From assembly GCA_030324005.1 (NCBI GenBank), contig JARDVH010000025.1:84606364-84670363 (forward strand): a stretch of 64,000 nt of DNA, written 5' to 3'. Position 1 is the stretch's first letter. Each line of letters starts with the position of its first letter. Source of the DNA: Negaprion brevirostris. Taxonomy: Eukaryota. The notes beneath the pieces were generated by a model. It was given only the letters and a program-made list of their open reading frames with translations, was not told the DNA's origin and did no database searches. Below are positions 24,736 to 36,859 of this stretch, one piece after another. The translations under genes and the position numbers were made by a program.

Positions 24736-24783
24736 CAAAGGCTGATCCTCTATCATAAGGGTTCATCTGCCACTTGTTGAAAA
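24736..24783 (-). CDS. DDX1: DDX1 coding exon 6 (48 nt)
   Basis: VFNKWQMNPYDRGSAF; CAG and GTAAGT boundaries. Confidence 0.95.
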
Positions 24784-25351
24784 CTGGGCAGAAAATATTA
24801 CAGAAGTTATTCACAAAGTTTCAAAATACCAAAATGTATTCAATATAATGATTTTTTTCATTTGAGGAAATATGATTTAAAAGTTTCAAAATACCAACAG
24901 TACACTTCAATCCTACATAATAGTATTATATATCTTACAAAGATATACTTCATATGTGGTGGAATTCACTTAAAAATCTTTAAATATTCAAGAGTTCCAC
25001 TAACTTATAGAATTCATTTTCCTCAGAACGGTATATTACTTCAAACAAATTAAAAGCTTTCTTCTCAAAGTTCAAATATACACAATAAGGGCAACCAAAA
25101 TATATTTTGAAAAAGTGTGGGCTAGAAGCATTTCAAATGCAATACATTAAAATATTCAAACACGGGGAAAGGCAACAATTACTCTTGAACGCAAAACTAT
25201 CAGAAATATGTCATCTTCTCGTTTGAAGTCAAGATACTATGCATACATTAGAAGAATATTTGGAGCAGTCTTTTTGTTTTCTAGAGTCAAATAAGATTAC
25301 AATCAAAATGGAGCATTTCATCTCCAATCAAACCTATCTAAGCATCATTAC

Positions 25352-25451
25352 CTGCACCACCAGTCTTGACAGATGATTTCCCCGCTTTTTTGCCTTCTTC
25401 ATGGTCCTTGAGTGTTTCATATACAATCTGTATAACAGGTATGCTGAAAGC
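25352..25451 (-). CDS. DDX1: DDX1 coding exon 5 (100 nt)
   Basis: [33 protein letters not shown]. Confidence 0.96.
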
Positions 25452-25660
25452 CTGAAATCAAACATTTATGGAAAAAGCTAAATGTTGTAGTCAATATAGT
25501 AATTACAATTATATCACATGATTATTCTTGCAAATACTTAATAAAACTGTGACATTTAGAATTCAGATTTGCAGAATATTGTTCATTTTAATCAGAAACA
25601 TCTCTACACTTTCAATACTTCTGATTTTTTTTAAACCAAAAGAAATTATATTGTACTCAC

Positions 25661-25690
25661 TCCTGTCTTGCCACTGCCAGTTTCTGCTGC
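25661..25690 (-). CDS. DDX1: DDX1 coding exon 4 (30 nt), Walker A motif I
   Basis: AAETGSGKTG; CAG and GTGAGT boundaries. Confidence 0.96.
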
Positions 25691-25840
25691 CTGTGGGGAA
25701 TAGAGGTTGGAAATGAATGTTTCAACTGAGTTAGGTATCATTCTCTATTGCTCAGAATTCCACACTGTTAATATTACAACTGTACCATTTTAGAATGAAC
25801 ATTGCAACAAGTGTATAGACAGTAATGTAAATCTACCCAC

Positions 25841-25904
25841 CATTAGTACATCACCACCACCCAGAATCAAAGGGATGGACTCCGCTTGGATATCTGTTGG
25901 GAGA
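25841..25904 (-). CDS. DDX1: DDX1 coding exon 3 (64 nt), Q motif
   Basis: (L)LPTDIQAESIPLILGGGDVLM. Confidence 0.96.
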
Positions 25905-26826
25905 CTGATGAAAGTTGCCATGTTAGAGTAAAATAACTCTAATCTATATATCAGGCAATTAAGTTATGAACAAACAACTTTCTAAAATCCAAAATAATAG
26001 CCCTGATTTTGCCTGAAGGGGGCAATATTCTATTAGAATGGTGCATCAGCAATAATCAAAGTAATTTTGTTACGTTTGCAAAATGAGAAATAGTTGGCTG
26101 CGCAGTACTAGACTGGGAACCTGTCAGGACAGCTACAGAAAAAAAACAGATAACANNNNNNNNNNNCAGATAACACAATGTTTGCAACATGGGGTTGGAA
26201 TTTTGTTGCTTTTAAGAGTATAAAGTAGAAAGAGGACAAAAGCATGCTATGCTACAAAAGTAGTTTTTGGTGGAATGGCATTGTTCTATTACTAAAATAA
26301 GAAATTATGCATTACAGAGTTGATGGTGGATCTAATTGGTTGAAACTTGTTTTCTATGGAATCCATGGTCAAATTTTTAAGGTGATGACAATCACTAGTA
26401 ACATTTGTTTGGTAAACTGAACTCTACCCATCCAGATTCCTGAAGATTATAATAGAAGATAGAGATCTGATTATAAAAGGCAGGAAACTTTGGAAGAACA
26501 ACTTTCTTCTTTACAGCTAACAATCATTTTTATGCCATGCTGAACATTATAATTGGATTGTTGCAAGCCGGAAGAGCATTACTAAGTACGTTATCCAATT
26601 GTTGAACAAATGCTGAAAATATCGTTGCAAAGTAAACATTTGTTTGCGTACAATTGCATCAGATCATTTACCATGCCTTTTCTCAACAATCCGTCTTTAA
26701 AGTCATACCTCACAGCTTGCAATTAAAGCTCAATTAGTTTCTAAATCTAAGTATACTTATTCAATTTTTAACTTAAAATTTGCAATGTAATCTTCAAGGT
26801 TCACAGAACATCCAAATCATACTTAC

Positions 26827-26878
26827 AGCCAATCCATCTGCTCTACAGCCTGGGCAATTTCTGGCATAACCCCCATTT
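26827..26878 (-). CDS. DDX1: DDX1 coding exon 2 (52 nt)
   Basis: EMGVMPEIAQAVEQMDW(L); CAG and GTAAGT boundaries. Confidence 0.96.
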
Positions 26879-27583
26879 CTGAAAAAGAACACAAGACATT
26901 TCTTTAGAAAAAAAACACAAAAAAGTAAAGATTAGTACAATTGACATTAACTGTGATTTGGTATTATTCCATGCGTAAGAAGTGAACTGCAACATGCTGG
27001 TGGGGGTGGGGGAGGGGGTACAAGTAGGTGGTTGTGGTGTTGGGTGGNNNNNNNNNNNNNNNNNNNNNNNNNNNNNNNNNNNNNNNNNNNNNNNNNNNNN
27101 NNNNNNNNNNNNNNNNNNNNNNNNNNNNNNNNNNNNNNNNNNNNNNNNNNNNNNNNNNNNNNNNNNNNNNNNNNNNNNNNNCCAACCCGCACGGAACGGG
27201 GGGGGGGGGGAACGGCCCCAACAAAAACAAACAACAGTCGAAAGGAAACTTAAAACATTAAATCAAAATGTGACTGTCGGGGTCTATGATGCACCCCAGC
27301 CAGCCCCTGCGGTGCCCAGCGGGCACGGAAAGCGGGGTGGGGGTAACTTGGCTGCAGGTCACGGTGTGGACCGAAATTCCCGGTGCTGCTGAATGGCAAC
27401 CCCCGGCCTCAGCTGCTCCCAGGCCGAGGACACAGTGGGAATAGCAACAATAAAGACAGAGACACTAAAGGGGGCAAAAATTTCCCCAAACACCCCATAA
27501 GCAGCAACATTAACCGAGCGGCGGGCAAAGCCGGTTAAGGCGGAGCGGAACCCGGAGGATTGCGGAGAGAAGCGGAGACCGAC

Positions 27584-27599
27584 CTGAAAACGCCGCCAT
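27584..27599 (-). CDS. DDX1: DDX1 coding exon 1 (16 coding nt, start codon)
   Basis: CCAAC-ATG GCG GCG TTT TCA G|GT = MAAFS, strong Kozak context; joins exon 2 in frame. Confidence 0.95.
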
Positions 27600-27884
27600 G
27601 TTGGCACCACCGCCGCCGCTCCCGGACTCCGGGGACAGGCTGCGCAGAGCGTCCCCCGACAAATACCTACAGAGCGAGCCGGCTAAATCTGCAGCTCGGA
27701 ATAATCGTAGTAAACTTTTTAAACAGCCACCCAATGGTCAGGAGCCTCGCACCGCGCGTTTTAATAATTCTAAAAACTGAAAAAAAGAACTATTGTTGGA
27801 TCCGGACTTGTTTAAGTGATGGACCGGATCCAGTTTCCGGGTGTCACACCATGACAGTTCCCCCGGGCGTTTCCGGTGGTGACG
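27600..27884. promoter_or_regulatory. Bidirectional DDX1/NBAS promoter and 5' UTRs
   Basis: 285 bp between divergent ATGs; CCAAT at 27731; four CCGGA(A/T) ETS-like cores at about 27800-27878; YY1-like ATGGCGG over both start codons; AT-rich tract at about 27759-27790; no obvious TATA box. Confidence 0.8.
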
Positions 27885-27959
27885 ATGGCGGTGGAAGAGG
27901 AGAAGGTTCTATATGATCTGCTGGTTCACAGCGAGTGGCTGCAGGAGAGTGAGGCACCG
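27885..27959 (+). CDS. NBAS: NBAS coding exon 1 (75 coding nt)
   Basis: MAVEEEKVLYDLLVHSEWLQESEAP, resembling the NBAS N-terminus (EEETILYDLLVNTEW); GTGAG donor. Confidence 0.92.
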
Positions 27960-28199
27960 GTGAGGGAGAGGGATAGTGGCCGGGGGTACAATTGGAAAGA
28001 CATGGTGCACAACCAGCTACTGCTACACCAGGCTGGACCATTGGCAGCGCTGTCAGGTTCTGCTCAACCTGCTAAATATTCCTGTATTATCTTGGCATAT
28101 GAAAATACCGCTTCCCCCGCCTTTGCTCTATTGCAAAACTAGCTTTTTAAATTCCGCTCTCTGCATCCTTGCCTCTATCCCACAATAAGTTTCAGGAGC

Positions 28200-29560
28200 T
28201 TGTGCTTCTTTCTCACTAAGATTGAGACTGTCTGATCAGCTGTTTCCTTCCTTTACTTAGCTCACCTGACCAACATCCTCTAAAACCTCCTTCCCTAACT
28301 TAACTTTCTCTAGATTTTCTCTCATCTCCCCACGTGCCCTTTCCCCACAAGACCCACCTACACCCTGCTCCCCAACTCTGTCTTCACTAAGTTGCTGGCT
28401 GCCCAACTTCCCTCTGGCCCCCGTGTTAGCTGATATTGTTAACCTCTCTCTTCAGGCTTTCCCTCTCTCCTTTAATTCTGCCATCTCCTTTGGCAAGCTT
28501 TTAACTTCTCACTTTTGCAAACTACTCTACCATCTCCAATATCTCCACCCCAAAGACCTTGACTTTGCAGTCACCTCCCAAAACCATGCCCATCTTTTTC
28601 ATACTCTATGTATGAATGCCTCCCATCAGTTTTCCACAGCTGCTGAAGTACCAAATTGGCTTTTCTCAACATCACAAATGATTGGACAATGACATATGGT
28701 TGAGTTCCCCCTACTCTTTTTGATCTATATTAATAGCTTAAGCTTGGTTGTACATGGCAGGATTTAAAAATATATAGATGATTGGCAAAGAAACCAGGTT
28801 GACCCAGGGAGGTGGTAGTGGTGGGGGGAGGTGAACACTGCTTGAAAACTCACAGAAGTCAATTCAATCATGGTCTTCAAAACAAATTTGATAAGAAAGG
28901 GTTATAGGGTTTGGGCCAGGGAGTGGGACTAGCTAAATTGTTCTTGCAGAGAGCTGACATGAATTCTGTGGACTGATGGGTCTCCTTATCTGCTGTAACC
29001 ATCTATGCTTCGTAATAGTATATAATCTGTTTAAAACAGAAGTAAACTATCCCTCCTTGTCCTTCACAATCTGCCGGTAGCCACGGCTTGTTGCTCCAAC
29101 TGTCATCCAGCTGGATTGGATTACGCTCAACTAGTTCTATTCTTATCCATCTAATAACAGCCAGAGAATCAATTGCAGTTGTTTATCTCACACAGTTAAT
29201 TCTGATGTCCCCCAATGATCTATCCCAGGCTCTGTGACGTTTCCCATCCTGCTATTTACCTGTTGACACCACCATGCAAAAGTGTAGTTTTCCCATATAT
29301 GTTGAAGGCAACCAGGTTTATCTCACCATCACCTCTCTTGACACTTCCAGTTTGATGAATTGTTAGGCTGCTTATCCAATGTTTAAACCTAACTTGAGCA
29401 GAGATTTCCTCTAGTGGAATATTAGGAAGACTGAAGCCACTGGTCTTCAGTCCTTCCTCAAACTCCGTTCCCTAGTTACTGACTCCATCACACTCCATGA
29501 CTTTCCTTAATGGCTGCCTCTTTAGCCTTATATTTGGTATCTGCTCTGATACCTCCTTTT
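28200..29560 (+). mobile_element. Decayed L2-like RT fragments interrupted by a CR1 remnant (about 28700-29010)
   Basis: Pyrimidine-rich decayed RT-like segments (LADIVNLSL..FNSA); CR1-like tail near 28960-29010. Confidence 0.5.
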
Positions 29561-29581
29561 GTGGTTCAATGTTAAACATTA

Positions 29582-30205
29582 TGGGCAGAATTTTCACCCA
29601 GAATTTCCAGGTGCCATAATGGTGAGAATATAGAGTGATCTATGCTGGTCTCTCTCGTGCCCCACGCTGCAATCTTCACGTACTCCCTCACTTTTTTTGA
29701 AGATGGCTGAGTTGTGCATTGGTGGGGAGGAGAGTGGAGTGCAAAAGCACTCAGCTGCAGAGAGCTCAGGCACCGCTCCACAAGGGGACCCCAACCTCTC
29801 AGAGCACTGGGAGACCTCTGACCTTCCTTCCCAACGTGGGATCCACTGCCCCTGAATTGGTGCATCAAAGCTTGATTCCCATGTGGCTTTGCTTTCCCCC
29901 CTCACCTGTCATGATCCCAGGTATGCCCCACCGCTGGCAGTGCTCCTGGAACACTGGTGGTGCCCAAATGGTGCTGCTGAGGTACCTGATGGGCAGTGCC
30001 CAGCCAGGTTGGGGAGGGGGAAAGGTTCAATGACTTCCAAGACTCTTGATTTGATCAGTTCGCCAGGTTTGTGGAGACCTGTATCAATTTGCACTGTTAT
30101 GACACTGCACCTGAAGTCCGGAAGATTCCATGCGCTGCGGTTCAAATGGGCTGTGCATATTTTAATGTTCTTTTAATTATGCTAATCAGCTTCGCGCCAT
30201 TAGAA
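29582..30205. mobile_element. GC-rich MITE-like element
   Basis: Begins GGGCAGAATTTT, similar to the terminus at 11501-11512. Confidence 0.5.
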
Positions 30206-31584
30206 AGGGCCTGGGAAGATGACAAACCATTTTGCACTGGGCTTAAATCAGACTTCTATTTTTGCATGCTATTTTCTCATCTTGCTGTGCTGCTACACTG
30301 TTCACTGGGCATGACAAAGTAGTAAAATTGTGCCTTACTTTATAACGTGCTTGTGAAGTGCCTTAGAACATTTTATATTTAAAGTTGCGATTAAAATTAA
30401 GTTACTGCTGATATGATGGGGAACAGCCTTTTGGAGGAGAGGAGATGATGGAGTGGAAGGACAGCCTTTTAGGGGTGTGAGGTAATATTGGGGGTGCCTG
30501 TAAGGGGAGGAATATGATGGGGAAGAATGTATGGTGGAGAGACTTTTGGAAAGACCCCAATGACAGTGGGGGAAGAGGTGATGAAAATTGTTTGACTTTA
30601 TGTTGATGGTTTCTGGTCTCAAGGGGATGCTTTGAAGTCAGAAGCAGTGTTAATAACACATCAACAGCTTTATTGGGCTGATATGAGAAGATAGAGATGT
30701 TTATGATTAGAGATTCTATTTATTGCTCAAATAAATATGTTTCTTGAGCATTGAGGTCAAGGCCTATAGATTTGTTAAACATGCAATAGTGAAAGATACT
30801 TCACCCACATCTGATTATATTTTGGTTGGGGAATTAAACGTGCTTTAGTTCTGAGTTCTGTATTTGCAAACTTGGATACTTATTATAAAACTACCACTTT
30901 TTACACATTTTTTTAAATCCCAACTAAAACCAATCAACACATTTTTGCATTACGAGATTACGTATAATTAAATTCTCCAAATATTGAGCTATATTTTAAT
31001 TGCATTTTCCCTTTATCATTCATGTCAGTTAAAAAGCTGGTTCCTTACATAATGAGCTTTCTTCTGTTGGCTAATGAGATTGATATAACTTACTTATTCT
31101 GTTACCTTATCAATAGTTTAATTCCTCTTACCTATAATTACAATTCCATCAAGTGAAACCTTTAATTATAAGTTTGCCTTTAATTATGTATAATTCAGTA
31201 GCAATCTTCTGATTCTTTAGCAACACCAATGAAAAGGACTGATTTATCCCCATAGGATTCCCTATTACAGGGTTTATTATTTTCCCCTGAAGCAAGCATC
31301 AATTATTACACAATCATGAAACTGAAAAACTCACTATTAATTGGAACACCTTTGAGTTTTTCTCTTATTACTCAGATGAATACTTCATCCTGAAGCTGAC
31401 TATTGCTGGAGGACCAAGCTTTGTTCACCACCCTGGTCCCTGTTTTACATATATATTTTCACTTGCCTGTTTAACAGACTTGAGATTAATATTACAATAG
31501 AAGGATGAATAGATGAAAATAGATTTCAAGACTTTCTGATTATACTATTCTTCAGATTGCATATGGGTGGAATTAGGTTGGATA

Positions 31585-32790
31585 AGAACATAGAAACAGG
31601 AGTAAGCCATTCAACCTTTGGAACCTGGTACACCATTCATTGAGGACATGGCTGGCCTATATCTTAAGATCTTTTGCCTGCCATAGTTCTATATCCTTCT
31701 GTAGTGTTGATGAGCAAACACTTATTGTTTCAGACTTAAAATTATTAATTGAGTTAGCATCTTTGCAATATGTAGAAGCTCCACACTTCTACCACCTTTT
31801 CTGTGAAAAATTGTTCCCTAACTTCTCTCCTGAATGACCTGCCTCTGATTTTAAAGCTCTGCCCCTTTGTCTTCAAACCACTCACCGGCAGAAAATAAAT
31901 TCTGTCTATGTACATGGATAGAGGTTTGGCTAGCTAACAGGAGCCAGGGGGTTGGGATATATGGGTCATTTATAGGTTGACAACTTGAAGCTAATGGGGT
32001 TCTACTGGGATCAGTGTTGGAATCTCAGCTATGAAATCTTAGTATTTATTGATCACATAGGAATGATAAAAATGGAGAAATTGAGGGTTCCTGTTGACAA
32101 GTTTGCTGTGGATACAAAATAGGTGAGTAAGCAAGTTGTTTGGAGAACACAATAAGTCTTCTAAGATTTACATCGATTAAGCGAGGGGGCAAAATTTCAA
32201 CAAGTGGAATGTAATGTGGGGAAGTATGAGATTGTCCACTTTTGTGAGAAGAATTGAAAATCAAAATATTTAAATGGAGAGAGGCTATAGAATGCTGTGG
32301 TACAGAGGGATCTGGTTGGTCTCGTGCACAGTTTATTAAAAAATGCTATTGTGCAGGTACAGCAAGTAATTAGGAAAGGAAGTTGAATGTTGGGCTTTAT
32401 TACGAAGGGGATGGAGTACAAATTTAAAAAGTCTTGTTCCAAAAGTGCAGGGTGAAATTGCAGTGAGAATACAACCTACACTTTTGGCTTCCTTATTTAA
32501 GGTGGGATATTCTTGTATTGGTGGTGGTTCAGATGAAGTTCACAATGTTGTTTTCTGGGATGAAAAGTTGGGCTTGTACACATTGGAGTTTAGAAGAATA
32601 AGAGATGGTCCTGTGGAATCACAAGATTCAGAGGGGGCTTGACAGGATATTTGTTCATGAGAAAATCTAACACTGGTGATATATAGTTTCAGAAAAAGAG
32701 GTCTGTATTTAAATTGTAATGAAGGATAATTTCTTTTCGGAAAGCCTTTAATCTTTGAAATTCTCTGTCCCAAAGAGCAGTGCAGACTGG
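31585..32790. mobile_element. CR1 fragments: minus-strand 3' end (about 31585-31910) abutting a plus-strand RT remnant (about 31915-32790)
   Basis: WI..WL..R, G..GSVL, KFA.DTKIG and RDL.GLV-like decayed RT motifs. Confidence 0.75.
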
Positions 32791-32804
32791 GACATTCACG
32801 GGGC

Positions 32805-32960
32805 AACACGGTTGCTTAGATTTTAGCACTGCCACTTCACAGTGTCAGGAATGCGGGTTTGATTCCGGCTTTGGTGACTGTGTGAAGTTTTTCTGTGTCC
32901 GTGGGGATTTCCTCTAGGTGCTCTGGTTTCCTCCCACAGTTCAAAGATTAGGTGCACATT
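32805..32960 (+). mobile_element. HE1-like SINE, partial
   Basis: Head and core similarity to other copies. Confidence 0.75.
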
Positions 32961-33009
32961 AACTGATGTGTGACAAGCTATTGATGCCTGGATACATTAT
33001 ACTTATTTT

Positions 33010-33945
33010 TAATTCTTCTGCGGGATGTGGACATTGCTGCGAGATGAGAATTTGTTGGCCATCCTTGCTTCTCTTTGAGAAGGTGCTTGTGATTTTTTTT
33101 CAACTGTTGCAGTCTATCTGGTGTAGGTACATCTGGCACTGGGAAGGGAGTTCCAGAATTTTGACTCAGCGACAATGAAGAATTGGTGATATAATTCCAA
33201 ATCAGGATAGTGTATAGCTTGGAAGGGAACTTGTAGGTTGTGATGTTTCCATGAATCTACTGCCCTTGGCATTCCAGGTGGTGCAGAGTTTGGGGGCTTG
33301 GAAGGTGCTGTGGAAGGAATCTTGGTGAGTTGCTGCAGTGCATTTTGTAAATGATACACACCAAAGCCATGGTATGCTGGTAGTGGAGGGAGGGAATATT
33401 TAAACTGATAGGTGTATTACCAATCATGCTTTGTCTGTAGTGATGAGTTTCTAGAGTGTGGTTGGAACTGCACTGCATTCAATCATGTTATGCCTAGCCA
33501 ATGGTAAGCAGGTTTTGGGGCGTCAGGAGGTGAGTTACACACAACAAAATTCCCAGCTTCTGATCTGCTCTTGTAGCCACAATATTTATTTTGCTGGTCC
33601 AATTAAGTTTCAAGTGAGTGGTAACTGCCACAATATTGATGGTGGAAGATTCAGTGATGGTAATATCATCAAGGGAAGATGATTAGATTGTCTTGCACTG
33701 GGGGTGGTCATTGCCTGGCGCTTCTGTGGCACGAATATTATTTGTCAGTCACCAGCCCAATGTTGTTCTGGCCTTGTTGTATACAGAGCTGTACTGTTTT
33801 TAATATCTGGAGTCAAGAATGGCACTGTTCACTTTGCAAACATCCTCACTTCTGACTTTATAATGTGGGAATGGTGTTTGATGATGCAGCTGAAAATGGT
33901 TGGGCCTGGGATATCACCCTGAGGAACTCCTGCAACAATGTCCTA
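33010..33945 (-). mobile_element. CR1-group LINE fragment
   Basis: Reverse strand gives the GVPQG motif near 33920-33935; 3' end shared with other copies. Confidence 0.75.
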
Positions 33946-34056
33946 TGACAGAGTAGGATTTTTTAAATTTAAATTTTCAGGCAGTGTGGTTGAAAGTATG
34001 AAGTGTGTACTGTGCTATGTTGTGCAATTTAATGCTTTGCTTTTATCTTGGTGCAG

Positions 34057-34105
34057 GCTAGAGGCAACCGAGAACATGGATCCGTTATTGTAAAGACCAT
34101 TTCTG
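34057..34105 (+). CDS. NBAS: NBAS coding exon 2 (49 nt)
   Basis: ARGNREHGSVIVKTIS; CAG and GTAAGT boundaries; in frame. Confidence 0.88.
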
Positions 34106-34848
34106 GTAAGTAGTGTTTGGAAACTGCAGGTCATGATGAACAAATTGCCATAAATTTCCAACTCCATGTTTTGGGAAAGGGAGCTTTTAAAGGTGAAATA
34201 AATACAATTGAGGTTTTTTACTCCTAAAAACTACTGTTATATGAACACAATAACTATTTTGGCAAAGTAAGGAATGTAACTGCACTGACTAATCCTCTCC
34301 CTGGAGAGGCTTCTTTTTTTCACAATCCGTGTATTTGTGATTGAGCTTGGTTTGTGGTACCTTCATTTCCAAATGTGAAGTTAGTCATGACGTTGATAGT
34401 TGCCCACCACTGGGCAAGTGTTTGGCTTTATCAGGAAGTTGGTTTGCAAGACTTTTTTGGATTTTTTTTGTTTTGCTTTACGTCTAACATTGGTCTTTCG
34501 TGCAAAATTATGTCTTAATCCAAAACATAATTTGTGTCACTTTACTTCAATACTATATTTTATATTGGAAAATATATCCTGAAATCCAAAAAAAGTCAAG
34601 TTACAAAACAATTTGATATGTTTTGAAATGCACAATCAAGGCATTTTCTTAGGCAAATAAGTATTTGAAATAGTGATACAGTTGAGTAAATAAAGAAAGC
34701 TGTCATATTTCTAAAACCAAGTTAGGTTTGTGCGTTATTTGAATACTTTGAATATTTTGAATATGTATTGATGTGTCTAAAAATATTAACAATGGTGTGA
34801 ATAAATTGTCATCATTATTGATCTTTGAACAATTCTCTTTGCGTACAG

Positions 34849-34885
34849 GTCCCTTTAAATTTGTCATTCAATATATTGGATACAG
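34849..34885 (+). CDS. NBAS: NBAS coding exon 3 (37 nt)
   Basis: GPFKFVIQYIGYS; CAG and GTAAT boundaries; bridges phase 1 to phase 2 as required. Confidence 0.85.
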
Positions 34886-35239
34886 GTAATTGTAATTGAC
34901 ATTTTCTTTGCGTTTTTTTTGGTGGGGATGTTGGGAAGAGTGTTCTGCAGAGTTTGAAGCTACCTCACTAGTTTATTATTGATTACTTTTGCAGATGCTT
35001 AATCAAGTAACATGAGCTTCTTGACAATTTAACTTGCCAGAATAGGTTGCATTTTATTATTAATAGTGGGGCTTGTTTATTACTCCACTTTTGAAACTTA
35101 AGTGACAGTACCTATTTCCAATTTAGTGTTCTTAGTGCACTGCGTTAATATAATATTTAATTAGTACCATAATGTTTTCTTGGTTGTTTTAAGACAAGTT
35201 TTTAATGGTCATACTGTTTTTGAATTCTCTCCCATACAG

Positions 35240-35317
35240 CCATTCCAGCTCTTTGCTCTCTCCTAATTTTGTCCTGTTGGTCAATAAACAAATCAACTGG
35301 CAACTTGTTGTAGCCAG
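35240..35317 (+). CDS. NBAS: NBAS coding exon 4 (78 nt)
   Basis: HSSSLLSPNFVLLVNKQINWQLVVA. Confidence 0.93.
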
Positions 35318-36245
35318 GTAATTACCTCAGTTGATGCATACATCATTTTTTTTGTATTGTAATGTTCCTCGATAAACTAAGTTAATACAATAATCTGAGA
35401 AGCTTTCAGGGCTAACGATTTAAGAATTGTATATTTTGGCATTGTTCAGAATGAACTCTTTATCTCTTCAATGTGGTCTGCAAAAGATACTGTACTAGTC
35501 TGTTTTAAATATTAAATCACTTAGCACTTTTTCTAAAAAGCAACTTGGACTGAAATGGACAAAACATAACTTTTTGTGGCAGGTTTATCTCATATTCACT
35601 ATGCAAGTTCAGCAGTTTCACACTATTCAGTACAGTTTGATGGTAAACCAGACCATATATTTTTGTGAAGCTAACATGTTTCTGACAGCAGTTTGTTTGC
35701 TTTTCATGTTTAACTCAGCATCTGTCTTTGCCTAAAGTTACTGTAAATAGCAAAGGAGTATCATTAATTAGACAGCAAATTATGGTCCGATAGATCCATT
35801 AAGCTTACATTGGTATGGATTTTTAAGAAAAGTAAAACCATGAAACATTTGCACAGGTATAATACGCCTAGTTCAAGCGGTTATAAAAATAAAAGCCCCG
35901 AGCTGACTTTTTAAAGACAGTTTTAGTGCATTTGATATTCCTTTGCAGTTAGCAGTACCATTGTTATGTTCACCATTTTCATTTGGATAGGTGATGGCAA
36001 GTACTGGCCTGAAAATGTCTCTCTGCGANNNNNNNNNNNNNCATTAGCAGTTATGATTAACATTTCTACAGTTTAAATTCTTGCATAGACTATTTTGCAT
36101 TTTCATGTAAACAAATTTTTGCTGATTTTTGAGCATGCATGCTATCTTTTGCCTATTGAAGTTCTTTTAGAACTGTACATCATATTTATATTCCAATGTT
36201 TGTAGCATGAAAACTTATTCTAAGTTATGTCATGTTTTCTGACAG

Positions 36246-36293
36246 AAATGGGAAATTGTTGGCTGTGGTTCAGGACCAGTGTATTGAGATCAG
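36246..36293 (+). CDS. NBAS: NBAS coding exon 5 (48 nt)
   Basis: NGKLLAVVQDQCIEIR. Confidence 0.94.
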
Positions 36294-36859
36294 GTACTTT
36301 GTGATTTCTATAAGACATTCTATTTCATTATCCTTTAACATTATATTTTTGAAAAAAATGACGAGTAACTGCAAGGTGAAGTCATGTCTTTTTCTACCAC
36401 ATATATAATCCTAAATGGAATTTGCAACACAGAAACATGACATTTGGCCTAGCTGGTCTGTCCCAATGTTTATGCTCCACAGAAGCCTCCTCGGCCCTAC
36501 TTCATTCAACTATATCTGCTTATCCTTCATGTTTGGATTTTTGCTTCATTAGGCAGTTGTGTTTTATTGACTTTATTAGGAGATTTTCAACAGTTTTCTG
36601 TTGGGTTGATAGATAGACCATTTGAAGGTGTTCAATTTGACTATTTTTTTCTCCCCTCTCCCCCTCCCCCACCCAAAAAGAAAAGTTAAAGAAAAAAAAA
36701 ACACTTCAGATCAAAATGCAGCTTTAGTTGACTGATTATGGAGAAATTTACCACTTAAATACACAACTGGCTAACATATTCTTTGATTTATGGTTATGTG
36801 TTTGGTGTTGGGGGTGGGGGGGGAGGGAATGGGGTGTTAAAATGGCCAGTCTTCACCTC

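Larger units (their letters stand above)
27180..28060. promoter_or_regulatory. CpG island spanning both first exons
   Basis: Clear rise in GC and CpG density against an AT-rich, CpG-depleted background; limits estimated by eye. Confidence 0.8.

Noticed and set aside
26998-27210. G-rich tract in DDX1 intron 1, potential G-quadruplex
   Set aside because: Mostly hidden by a gap, and G-runs are common in this window, so no specific claim can be supported.
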